Shown here in pieces: positions 54,262 through 62,456 of a stretch of DNA of 64,000 nt. A model generated the notes under the pieces. It saw nothing but the letters and a program-made list of their open reading frames with translations. It ran no database searches and had not been told where the DNA came from. Position 1 is the stretch's first letter, and the number at the start of each line of letters is the position of its first letter. The position numbers and the translations under genes are program-made. Origin of the DNA: an uncultured Gammaproteobacteria bacterium (GTDB lineage Bacteria; Patescibacteriota; Patescibacteriia; 2-12-FULL-60-25); assembly GCA_964393325.1 (NCBI GenBank), contig CAYMTE010000003.1, positions 17,661 to 81,660 of the forward strand. The letters run 5' to 3'.

Positions 54262-56502
54262 ATGCCCATTGACTACACTCACGATCACGAAAACGAAATC
54301 ACGCTCTTTGGGGCGACGAACTTCCGCAATCAGATGCGGCGTTTTGGCATTAAAACGGATGATCGTCGTCGTCACATGTACGTGATCGGAAAAACGGGCA
54401 TGGGCAAAACCACGTTGCTCGAGAACATGGTGCTATCCGATGTCATGGCAGGACATGGTGTTTGCTATATCGATCCGCACGGTGATACGGCCGAGAAACT
54501 GCTCGATTACATTCCGTCGCATCGCATCAATGATGTCGTGTATTTTAATCCCGCGGATTTAGACTATCCGGTTGGGTTTAACATTCTCGAAACGACGCGT
54601 GACGAACAAAAGCACCTTGTCGCCTCTGGTCTGATGGGTGTCTTCAAGAAGATCTGGCCGGATGTCTGGAGTCCGCGCATGGAGTACATTCTCTTGAACT
54701 GCGTACTCGCGTTGCTTGATTATCCTGGTGCAACGTTGTTGGGCATTAACCGTCTTCTCGTGGATAAGGAGTATCGAACGCGGGTCATCGCGAAGATTCG
54801 CAATCCGATCGTCAAAACGTTTTGGGTCGCGGAGTTTACCTCCTGGTCAGAAAAGTACGCCACAGAAGCGATCGCACCGGTTCAAAACAAGGTGGGGCAA
54901 TTCTTGTCCGCATCGATCATTCGAAATATCGTCGCGCAGGTAAAATCCACGATCAACCCGAGACAGATCATGGATGAGGGAAAGATTTTTATCGTAAACC
55001 TGTCAAAGGGAAAAATCGGCGAAGATAACATGCGACTGCTTGGCGGAATGTTGGTCACAAAGCTGCAGCTCGCCGCGATGGAACGCGTGGATATCAAGCA
55101 CGAAATAGATCGACGTGACTTCTATCTCTACGTCGACGAATTCCAAAATTTCGCAAACGAATCGTTTGCGAGTATTTTGTCCGAAGCGCGAAAATATCGT
55201 TTGAATTTGGTTGTCGCGCATCAATACATCGCGCAGCTTGATGAGGCGGTTGCGAAGGCGGTGTTTGGAAACGTCGGCACATTGATTGCGATGCGCGTCG
55301 GAGCAGAGGATGCGACATTCATGGAGCAGGAATTCGCGCCAACGTTTACGCCGGAGGATTTGGTAAACCTTCCGAAATACCAGATGTATCTGAAGCTCAT
55401 GGTGGATGGTGTGTCGACGCAGCCGTTCTCGGCGACGACGTTGCCGCCGATCGCCGTCCGGACAAACAGCGAAGAGAAGGTCATCGCGGTGTCGCGAGAG
55501 CGATATGCGGAACACCGGTCCATCATGGAAGAAAAGATTCTGCGATGGAGCGGCATGGAGGCGGTTGGCGCGGCAGCTGGAATCAGCTACCCAGAGATTT
55601 TGACCGAAGAAGAACGGGAGAAACACGGGATCGAAGCGCCTGTTATGCAGATGCTTGGCACGATTGCACCTCCGGCGACCATGGAAGCTCCGGTGTCTCC
55701 GTACGATGCGCTTGAAGGCACGTCGTCGAATGATGCGAGTGAGTATCTTCGCATTTCACCGGAGCGGCTTTCGGCAATTTCAAAGCCACCGCAACAACAG
55801 AAAAAAGAGAAACCGCGTTTTTCGCACACCTGCACACGATGCGGCAAGGTGTGGGATATGCCGATTCAGCTTGATACGTCGAGACCGGTGTATTGTTCAG
55901 AGTGCATGGAGATTCTTCGTGAAGAACGAAAGACGAAGAAGAACGTCATGAAAGTCGCGCGTGTGTCTCTCCTCCGGGAGGATGGCGCGCCCGGCGCGGT
56001 TCAGCAGGGAAACGGAAAACAACAACCTCAGACGGGAAAGGATTCGACTTTGCGTTCATCATCGAATTCTCCTCGCATCGTGGGAGAGCGGAAGTCGCTT
56101 CCGCCGGCGCCGCTTCCGTCGCAACGTGGAACGGTCACCGTGGTTCGTGATGCAGAGCCAACGAAACGGTTAAGTTTGTTGGAGGAGCTCGAACGAGCTA
56201 AAGGAAGGCCAATTGAGACGAACAAGCGTTCATTGGATGGGTCGTCCGGTTCCTCTGGAAAACGCAAACGTCAGCGACGACCGCAGGGGGGATCGGGTGG
56301 TGCGTCGAACGGGCTTCCGGTTCATATGGATGATGAAGGGCTCCCGGTCTTTGAGAGAGCTGCGCCAACTCCGACGGAACCTCGAAGCGCAACCGTGTTC
56401 CGGAAGACGGTTTCCTCCGTCAGACCGCAATCGCCAGCAGATCGAGATGCGGCAACACCGCTAAAACCCGGTGAACGAGTATCTTTTGATGATGAAGCGT
56501 GA
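54262..56502 (+). CDS. VirD4/TraD-like (type IV coupling protein family) P-loop ATPase with C-terminal Zn-ribbon and disordered basic tail
   Basis: Walker A VIGKTGMGKTT followed by CYIDPHGD. Walker B FYLYVDEFQNF, then ARKYRLNLVVAHQYIAQL and GNVGTLIAMRVG, are typical of TrwB/TraD-type ATPases. There is no N-terminal TM helix. A CTRCG-x17-CSEC ribbon sits at aa 524-548, followed by about 190 aa of R/K/G/S/P-rich tail. Confidence 0.65.
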   Translation: MPIDYTHDHENEITLFGATNFRNQMRRFGIKTDDRRRHMYVIGKTGMGKTTLLENMVLSDVMAGHGVCYIDPHGDTAEKLLDYIPSHRINDVVYFNPADLDYPVGFNILETTRDEQKHLVASGLMGVFKKIWPDVWSPRMEYILLNCVLALLDYPGATLLGINRLLVDKEYRTRVIAKIRNPIVKTFWVAEFTSWSEKYATEAIAPVQNKVGQFLSASIIRNIVAQVKSTINPRQIMDEGKIFIVNLSKGKIGEDNMRLLGGMLVTKLQLAAMERVDIKHEIDRRDFYLYVDEFQNFANESFASILSEARKYRLNLVVAHQYIAQLDEAVAKAVFGNVGTLIAMRVGAEDATFMEQEFAPTFTPEDLVNLPKYQMYLKLMVDGVSTQPFSATTLPPIAVRTNSEEKVIAVSRERYAEHRSIMEEKILRWSGMEAVGAAAGISYPEILTEEEREKHGIEAPVMQMLGTIAPPATMEAPVSPYDALEGTSSNDASEYLRISPERLSAISKPPQQQKKEKPRFSHTCTRCGKVWDMPIQLDTSRPVYCSECMEILREERKTKKNVMKVARVSLLREDGAPGAVQQGNGKQQPQTGKDSTLRSSSNSPRIVGERKSLPPAPLPSQRGTVTVVRDAEPTKRLSLLEELERAKGRPIETNKRSLDGSSGSSGKRKRQRRPQGGSGGASNGLPVHMDDEGLPVFERAAPTPTEPRSATVFRKTVSSVRPQSPADRDAATPLKPGERVSFDDEA

Positions 56503-56516
56503 TAATCTAGCATTCT

Positions 56517-57197
56517 ATGCCGGAACGCATGACATTCCAGACCTTGGATGACGTAACAATTGTGGCGGACTGGGTGACGGCTCCGACGACGATCGGAGCG
56601 GCGATCCTGGTTCATGCAATGCCAGTAGATCGAACATCGTGGGCGAGTGTTCAGCGGTCATTATCGGCAAGCGGCATCGCGTCACTCGCCATTGACTTGC
56701 GCGGACACGGAGAGAGTACGGTTGGTCCGGAAGGAACGACCGTGGATTACAAGCGATTTGGCGAAAACGAGCATCAGAGCTCGTTGTACGATGTGATCGC
56801 AGCCTACGAGTGGGTTCAGCGTCGGGGTATTGACCCGGATCGCATCGCGCTTATGGGCGCGTCTGTTGGGGCGAATCTCGCCGTGCGGATGCTTGCTGAG
56901 GAAACGCGTATTCGTGCGGCGGTTCTTTTGTCTCCCGGACGGAATTATCAAGGCATGAACGCTGTGTTGGATATTGAGGCGATTTTACCGCATCAATCGG
57001 TATGGATTGCGGCTTCTGAAGGGGATGATCAGGAATCATTCGAGGCGGCGAAAGAGATGTACAACCTCGCGCCATCTGATCAAAAGATTTTTATGCCTCT
57101 TAAAGCCGCCGGACACGGGACGAATATGTTCACGGCGAAGCCGGAATTGCTTACGCAGGCGGTGGCCTTTTTGCGCGATCAGGCTCAAGGTGTATGA
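56517..57197 (+). CDS. Alpha/beta hydrolase
   Basis: Nucleophile elbow LMGASVGAN (GxSxG) and a late GHG His motif. About 226 aa. Confidence 0.65.
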   Translation: MPERMTFQTLDDVTIVADWVTAPTTIGAAILVHAMPVDRTSWASVQRSLSASGIASLAIDLRGHGESTVGPEGTTVDYKRFGENEHQSSLYDVIAAYEWVQRRGIDPDRIALMGASVGANLAVRMLAEETRIRAAVLLSPGRNYQGMNAVLDIEAILPHQSVWIAASEGDDQESFEAAKEMYNLAPSDQKIFMPLKAAGHGTNMFTAKPELLTQAVAFLRDQAQGV

Positions 57198-58072
57198 AAC
57201 GCGTGATTGCATCGTTCGTCCTTGCTGCGAGTGTCCTGTTGCCGCAGATTGCGAACGCACAATCGGCAGGACCGACGAAGGATCCGAACGCGCATTCGTA
57301 TTCGCGGTCGGATAATGAATTCGCGTCCGCGGTCGTCATGGATGCTGCGACGGGGAAGGTGCTGTATGAATACAATGCCGATCTCTCTTGGTCCGCGGCG
57401 TCGCTTACGAAGCTCATGGGAGCGCTCGTTTTTTTGGATCATAATCCGAATTGGAATAAGATCGTCGACATTCGCAAGCAGGATGAGGTTGGCGGCGGCC
57501 GGTTACAGGTCGCTTCCGGTGCGACGCTTCGCGTGATTGATCTGCTCTATTCCAGCGTCACAGCGAGCGCGAATAACGCGGCGATGGCGCTTGCGCGGAT
57601 TACGGGAATATCAAAAACGGCGTTCGTCAAAGAGATGAATGTGAAAGCAAAAAAATTAGGATTAACGAATACGGTATTTGCGGATCCGTCCGGAATGGAT
57701 CCGAAAAATGTTACGACGGCGCGCGATATGGCGACGCTCGCGAACACGGCGTACGGCGTGGATGTCATCCGGCGTGTTGCCACAAGCTCGGTATATCGTT
57801 TTGTCATTCGGAACACCGGAACCGCAAAACAAATCCGAACGACAAACGACATGCTCGTGAATAAAGAATACGATGACTATTTTGTGACGGGTGGAAAAAC
57901 GGGATTTTTATACGAATCGATGTACAACCTCGCGGTGCGCGTGCGTCCGACGGCGGATGCGGATGCGAAACGGCAAGTTGTCGTGGTCGTGTTTGGATCT
58001 CAAACGCGAGACGGATCGTTCAAGAGCGCCGCCGCGCTCGCCAACTGGGCCTGGAAAGCGTACAAGTGGTAA
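57194..58072 (+). CDS. D-alanyl-D-alanine carboxypeptidase (PBP5/S11 type)
   Basis: Signal peptide, SxxK (SAASLTKLM), SxN (SANN) and KTG (GGKTG). The start forms an ATGA overlap with the upstream gene. Confidence 0.85.
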   Translation: MKRVIASFVLAASVLLPQIANAQSAGPTKDPNAHSYSRSDNEFASAVVMDAATGKVLYEYNADLSWSAASLTKLMGALVFLDHNPNWNKIVDIRKQDEVGGGRLQVASGATLRVIDLLYSSVTASANNAAMALARITGISKTAFVKEMNVKAKKLGLTNTVFADPSGMDPKNVTTARDMATLANTAYGVDVIRRVATSSVYRFVIRNTGTAKQIRTTNDMLVNKEYDDYFVTGGKTGFLYESMYNLAVRVRPTADADAKRQVVVVVFGSQTRDGSFKSAAALANWAWKAYKW

Positions 58073-59049
58073 TAATTGGTCGTTGCGTACGTGTGTCAAC
58101 TATCGTTGACTTTTTTAGCTGCGTGTGGTACGTCGTAATCACGAACCTTGAAACAACGAGAGGAGATGCCGAATGGGAAAAAAAGAACATTTCGGAAACA
58201 GAGGATGGTGACTCGGAGCGTCTACGAGAGCTTGGGTTCGTCTTTACCGATAGGTTGCTCGAACTCGGAGTCAATTTTTCCGACATCGAGGCCATGCTTA
58301 AGGATCCCAATCGAATGGATCGCGTTGCGGAGATCACGCAAGGAATCGGGGTGACGTACCGGTTCGCCCACGAGGAGGTCGAGTCAACGACTTGCTATCC
58401 GACAGAATATAGGCCTCGGAGCATTCCTGACCAGATCGCACGTCTACGTGAGCTGTTCCCAGAACTCAATCATAGGGTAGATATTGGGCTTGCAAATCGC
58501 CCGTTGCCCGATGGTGCCGAGAGCTACTTCGCGATTCCTCGTTGGGAAGTGATTGCGCCAACGTACAACGAAGCGGTCGAAAGAGTGCTCGCACTCATGT
58601 CTCGGAATAGGGACGATGAGCTCTACGACGTGTTTGCGTTTGGCGCACGCCCGAACTGTCTCCGGCAGCACGAGCGCACGGTGGCAATGCTCAAGAAGTT
58701 GGGTGATCAGCAGGAAAGGCGTGATATCTTGATCGTTCCTGCACAGTTTGGTCGTCGTCATCGGGGTCGCAGTGTTCGTCGGGCACGCGAGGTCTTCAAG
58801 ACCAACGAGTTCGGTCTCGGAGCCTTCGCGATCGGCATTATGCTCTTGACTCACCCCGAACGCGAGGTTCGGTGGGATCAGCTCCATATCTACTGCGCTG
58901 GTGACGAGCAGTTTGATTCACTTCGCGATGACGACTTCACGTACGTGCCGATCTTCCTCCTGTTCGATGGCGGTAGTGTCAAGTTTGGCTCCGACCGGTT
59001 CGACTGCATGAGTGAACGCTGCGGTTCCGTGACCGCCTTTGTGCCATGA
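58066..59049 (+). CDS. Hypothetical protein, uncharacterised family (paralog of 38872-39651)
   Basis: 327-aa ORF. The start is uncertain: GTG 58066 overlapping the upstream stop, or GTG 58123. It shares colinear blocks with the 38872 protein. It uses several AGG/AGA codons that are rare in neighbouring genes. Confidence 0.5.
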   Translation: MVIIGRCVRVSTIVDFFSCVWYVVITNLETTRGDAEWEKKNISETEDGDSERLRELGFVFTDRLLELGVNFSDIEAMLKDPNRMDRVAEITQGIGVTYRFAHEEVESTTCYPTEYRPRSIPDQIARLRELFPELNHRVDIGLANRPLPDGAESYFAIPRWEVIAPTYNEAVERVLALMSRNRDDELYDVFAFGARPNCLRQHERTVAMLKKLGDQQERRDILIVPAQFGRRHRGRSVRRAREVFKTNEFGLGAFAIGIMLLTHPEREVRWDQLHIYCAGDEQFDSLRDDDFTYVPIFLLFDGGSVKFGSDRFDCMSERCGSVTAFVP

Positions 59050-59075
59050 TCCTTCCTCTTGCCTTGCAAACATGT

Positions 59076-59121
59076 GCTCTCTCGATATTCTGGAAACGCG
59101 CCAGATGCGAGAGAGCTTTTT
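59076..59121 (+). terminator. Intrinsic terminator
   Basis: GCTCTCTCG...CGAGAGAGC, a 9-bp stem enclosing the nested TCTGG/CCAGA pair, followed by TTTTT. Confidence 0.7.
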
Positions 59122-59148
59122 ATATATGATTCATTGCAATCCTGTTTT

Positions 59149-59263
59149 GTCATTCCGACCGAGGAGGCTCTGCGACGAGCAGGGGAATCGCTTCGAGACG
59201 CGACCTATGGATACGCGGTCACGAAGGGATTCCTCGGCTCCGTCGGACTCCGCTCGGGATGAC
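59149..59263. repeat. Long imperfect palindromic (REP/MITE-like) element
   Basis: The arm GTCATTCCGACCGAGG pairs with CTCCGCTCGGGATGAC. The inner arms GAATCGCTTCGAGACGCG and CGCGGTCACGAAGGGATTC also pair. The whole 115 nt folds into one hairpin. Confidence 0.6.
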
Positions 59264-59297
59264 ATACGGTCGATGTCTTGCCGAAACCCACTTTTTT

Positions 59298-59306
59298 TGG
59301 TATACA
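59298..59306 (+). promoter_or_regulatory. Extended -10 abutting a start codon
   Basis: TGgTATACA, 6 nt before rlmN ATG 59313. Confidence 0.55.
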
Positions 59307-59312
59307 GCACGC

Positions 59313-60425
59313 ATGAATCTCGAGACCCTCAAAGAGGTCATGACAGAGCTCAAACAACCCGCGTATCGCCTCGCGCAAGCGAAGCGGGCGTTTTATGTTG
59401 AGTTACTTTCGGGATGGAATGAGGTGACGCCGTTTTCAAAGTCACTTCGTGACGAACTTGAGAAACGCGTTCCGTGGGATGCGCTGACGCCCGGTCGGAC
59501 GTTGGTCTCATCAAACAAGGATACGGTGAAAATGCTGTTTTCGACGCATGATGGAAAGAAGATCGAGACGGTGCTTATGCGACATGAAGGCGGGCGAAAT
59601 ACCGTGTGCATTTCCTCGCAGGTTGGTTGCGCCATGGGGTGCACGTTTTGTGCAACCGGCACGATGGGGCTCACGCGGAATCTGACCGCTGAAGAGATTG
59701 TTGACCAGGTCGTTCACATGGCGCGGTTTTTGAAACCCGAACAAGCGCATGTCACGAATGTCGTGTTCATGGGGATGGGTGAGCCGCTGCATAATTACGC
59801 AGAGGTCATGAAAGCTGTTTACATCCTGAACGATCAGGACGGGTTTTGTCTTGGCGCGCGACATATCACGATTTCCACCTGTGGGATTGTGCCGGGCATT
59901 AATAAGCTCGCGCAAGAACCGTTGCAGGTGAATCTTGCGATTTCGCTTCACTCGGCACGAGATGTGACGCGATCAAAGATCATGCCGGTGAATAATCCAT
60001 TTCCGGTGAAGAAGCTCATGGAAGCCGTCGACGCGTATGCCGAGCAGACAAACCGGAAAGTATTTTTTGAATATCTCTTGCTGAAGGGCGTGAATGATAC
60101 GCAGGAGGAGGCGGAAGCGCTTGTGCGGTTGCTTGAACATAACAAGCGGTTATATCACGTGAATTTGATTAAATATCACGACACGGATTTGTTTATCGGA
60201 ACGCAAAAGGACGCACGGCTTTCGTTTATGCACAAGATCCAGCGTCTTGGGATGCCGGTGACGCATCGCGTGTCGTTTGGAGAAGACATCGATGCGGCAT
60301 GCGGTCAGCTTGCCGTGAACGACGCGACGGGAGACGTTCGACAAGGGAAGCCTGCGATTCGCGCGAATCGTGAAAAGAAACCTGCGTCCAAGTTGGCGCT
60401 GGATGTTCGCGCTGGTCAGAAATAA
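59313..60425 (+). CDS. rlmN: 23S rRNA/tRNA (adenine-C2)-methyltransferase, radical SAM
   Basis: CAMGCTFCATG radical-SAM cluster motif and the GMGEPL motif. ATG 59313 lies 6 nt after TGgTATACA. Confidence 0.93.
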   Translation: MNLETLKEVMTELKQPAYRLAQAKRAFYVELLSGWNEVTPFSKSLRDELEKRVPWDALTPGRTLVSSNKDTVKMLFSTHDGKKIETVLMRHEGGRNTVCISSQVGCAMGCTFCATGTMGLTRNLTAEEIVDQVVHMARFLKPEQAHVTNVVFMGMGEPLHNYAEVMKAVYILNDQDGFCLGARHITISTCGIVPGINKLAQEPLQVNLAISLHSARDVTRSKIMPVNNPFPVKKLMEAVDAYAEQTNRKVFFEYLLLKGVNDTQEEAEALVRLLEHNKRLYHVNLIKYHDTDLFIGTQKDARLSFMHKIQRLGMPVTHRVSFGEDIDAACGQLAVNDATGDVRQGKPAIRANREKKPASKLALDVRAGQK

Positions 60426-60429
60426 TCGT

Positions 60430-61572
60430 ATGGGGACAAAACCCAAGGTTCTTGTCGGCATGTCCGGCGGTGTTGATTCGAGCGTAACCGCGGCGCTGCT
60501 TTTGGAGCAGGGATATGACGTGACGGGCGGATTTATCAAGAATTGGTCAGACACAAAAGATCTTTGGACGGGCGAGTGTGACTGGCGAGGGGAGCGACGA
60601 GACGCGCTGCGCGTCGCCGCGAAGCTCGGAATTCCGCTGCTCACATTTGATTTTGAGGCGGCATATCGAGAGCGGGTGCTTGCGGAGATGTTTCGTGGAT
60701 ATGAGGCGGGGGAGACGCCGAATCCAGACGTGTTGTGCAACGAGGTGACGAAGTTTGGTCTTTTTTTTGATGAGGCGATGAAGCTCGGGTTTGCATACAT
60801 CGCGATGGGGCACTATGCGCGGATAGGCGAAGAGACCGAGAGCCGAGTTACGAGTGGCGAGCCAGCATCAGATCTCGCAACGCTTTTTCCTCCCGTTCGG
60901 TTATTGCGCGGTGTGGATCCGAATAAAGACCAATCGTATTTTTTGTATCGCGTACCGCAGAACGTTTTACGACGCACGATCTTACCGATCGGCGAGTACA
61001 CAAAACCGGAGGTGCGAGAACTCGCGCGTCGGTTTGATCTTCCCGTCGCCGAAAAGCCGGATAGTCAAGGAATTTGCTTTATCGGCAAACTCGACATGAA
61101 AGATTTTTTGCGGACGCGTATTCCGTCGAAGCCGGGGGATATTGTTGATCCGGAAGGGAATGCCCTTGGTCGGCATGAGGGACTTGATGCGTACACGATT
61201 GGGCAACGCCAGGGGATCAATGTCACAGAGGGTGGACATGCGTGGTATGTCGCAGCAAAGCAACGATCAACGAATCGACTCGTCATCGTTCCTCGCGATG
61301 ATCATCCGATGCTTTTTGCGACGGATGCGTGGATTCATGACCTCCATTGGACAAGAGGAGAGGATGGAGTGCCCTGCGTCGATGACCGAGTGCAGGTGCA
61401 GGTTCGCTATCGGCAAACGCCGGTGGATGCGACGGTGGATCGTGTTGAGGAAGGTCGGATTCATGTGGTGTTTTCGGAGCCGGTAAAAGCCGTAACGCCT
61501 GGGCAATCCGCCGTGCTGTATCGTGGGGAAGAATGTCTCGGAGGCGGGGTTGTAGAGGGGTCGCCAGAATAA
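60430..61572 (+). CDS. mnmA: tRNA-specific 2-thiouridylase
   Basis: PP-loop VLVGMSGGVDSSV, then NPDVLCN and DSQGICFIG motifs. Confidence 0.93.
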   Translation: MGTKPKVLVGMSGGVDSSVTAALLLEQGYDVTGGFIKNWSDTKDLWTGECDWRGERRDALRVAAKLGIPLLTFDFEAAYRERVLAEMFRGYEAGETPNPDVLCNEVTKFGLFFDEAMKLGFAYIAMGHYARIGEETESRVTSGEPASDLATLFPPVRLLRGVDPNKDQSYFLYRVPQNVLRRTILPIGEYTKPEVRELARRFDLPVAEKPDSQGICFIGKLDMKDFLRTRIPSKPGDIVDPEGNALGRHEGLDAYTIGQRQGINVTEGGHAWYVAAKQRSTNRLVIVPRDDHPMLFATDAWIHDLHWTRGEDGVPCVDDRVQVQVRYRQTPVDATVDRVEEGRIHVVFSEPVKAVTPGQSAVLYRGEECLGGGVVEGSPE

Positions 61573-61583
61573 GACGGATAGGC

Positions 61584-61589
61584 TACACT
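61584..61589 (+). promoter_or_regulatory. -10 element abutting a start codon
   Basis: TACACT, 6 nt before ATG 61596. Confidence 0.45.
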
Positions 61590-61595
61590 CCGGCC

Positions 61596-62402
61596 ATGAA
61601 ATCCGGTTCTCTGCTCCGTCTCGAGTGGATATCTCTGGTCTATTTAGCGCTCTTTGTTCTTGCGGTTCTTTCGCCCTCATTGGTGACGCGGGGCATTTTT
61701 GGCATCGACGAGCGGCATGTCGAGGAGCTCATGATTTTTGTGTTTGGCATTGTGGGGCTTGCGACATTTTCTATCTATCAGCGCATCATGGAGCGCAAAG
61801 AAAAGGAACACGAGGATGCGAAAAATGAATACGAACGCGCAAAACGTGAATTAGTCGAATCGTATCGCTACATCGGTGCCATTAATCGACAGATCGAGGT
61901 CTTGAAGGGGATTACGAATCAGACCTCAAAGAACATCGTCGAGCAGCATCACTTAAGCAAGGAACTTTTGACGTCCCTCGTGGCGAATGCGGCGGCGAGT
62001 GTTGGGGCTAAGACGGCGCTCATCCGGTACGTGGAGCTTGAAAAGATGAGGACGCATCATGAGGTATTGCACGCCATCGGAGACGCAAAGCCGTTTAAGA
62101 TTCATAATCGGGATCTCAAAAAGATTCACGAAGCGGGCGCGTCGCATGCGTATCTTCGTTCTGATGAGGGAAATGAAGTTCTTGTTATTCCTTCAGATCA
62201 TGAAACTGCCGCGGTGAAAGCGTATCTCCTTGTTCTGCCAGAGGATGCGCAGGCGACCGTCGCGGATACCTCGCTTCTCAAGGTATTTGCGAATCAGGCG
62301 CAGCTTTTACACCACGCGCTCGAGGAACAGGTGAAGATTTCTAGCTCTCCGTTGGAGCTCGTTGAGGCGACAAAAAGTCAGGTTCGGGGAGACGTATCGT
62401 AA
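61596..62402 (+). CDS. Membrane-anchored protein with coiled coil and GAF-like C-terminal region, unknown function
   Basis: Two N-terminal TM helices, a charged coiled coil (ERKEKEHEDAKNEYERAKRELVES), then an alpha/beta region. ATG 61596 lies 6 nt after TACACT. Confidence 0.45.
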   Translation: MKSGSLLRLEWISLVYLALFVLAVLSPSLVTRGIFGIDERHVEELMIFVFGIVGLATFSIYQRIMERKEKEHEDAKNEYERAKRELVESYRYIGAINRQIEVLKGITNQTSKNIVEQHHLSKELLTSLVANAAASVGAKTALIRYVELEKMRTHHEVLHAIGDAKPFKIHNRDLKKIHEAGASHAYLRSDEGNEVLVIPSDHETAAVKAYLLVLPEDAQATVADTSLLKVFANQAQLLHHALEEQVKISSSPLELVEATKSQVRGDVS

Positions 62403-62420
62403 GCGCGACAGAGGGGGTTA

Positions 62421-62449
62421 TTGCAGAATACGGTTTTTTTCGTTACCCT
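62421..62449 (+). promoter_or_regulatory. alaS promoter abutting a start codon
   Basis: TTGCAG-17 nt-TACCCT, 7 nt before ATG 62457. Confidence 0.55.
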
Positions 62450-62456
62450 TCGGCGC

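Noticed and set aside
52873-56502. Annotating the T4CP-like pair as part of a conjugative or integrative mobile element.
   Set aside because: No relaxase, VirB4, integrase, transposase or flanking repeats are visible. The pair is embedded between secDF and housekeeping-type genes.
58148-58354. 68-aa ORF near the purine-rich GAGAGGAG tract.
   Set aside because: The purine tract abuts an internal ATG with no spacer. The translation is basic and low in complexity, and the ORF lies in an alternative frame of the much longer 58066-59049 ORF.
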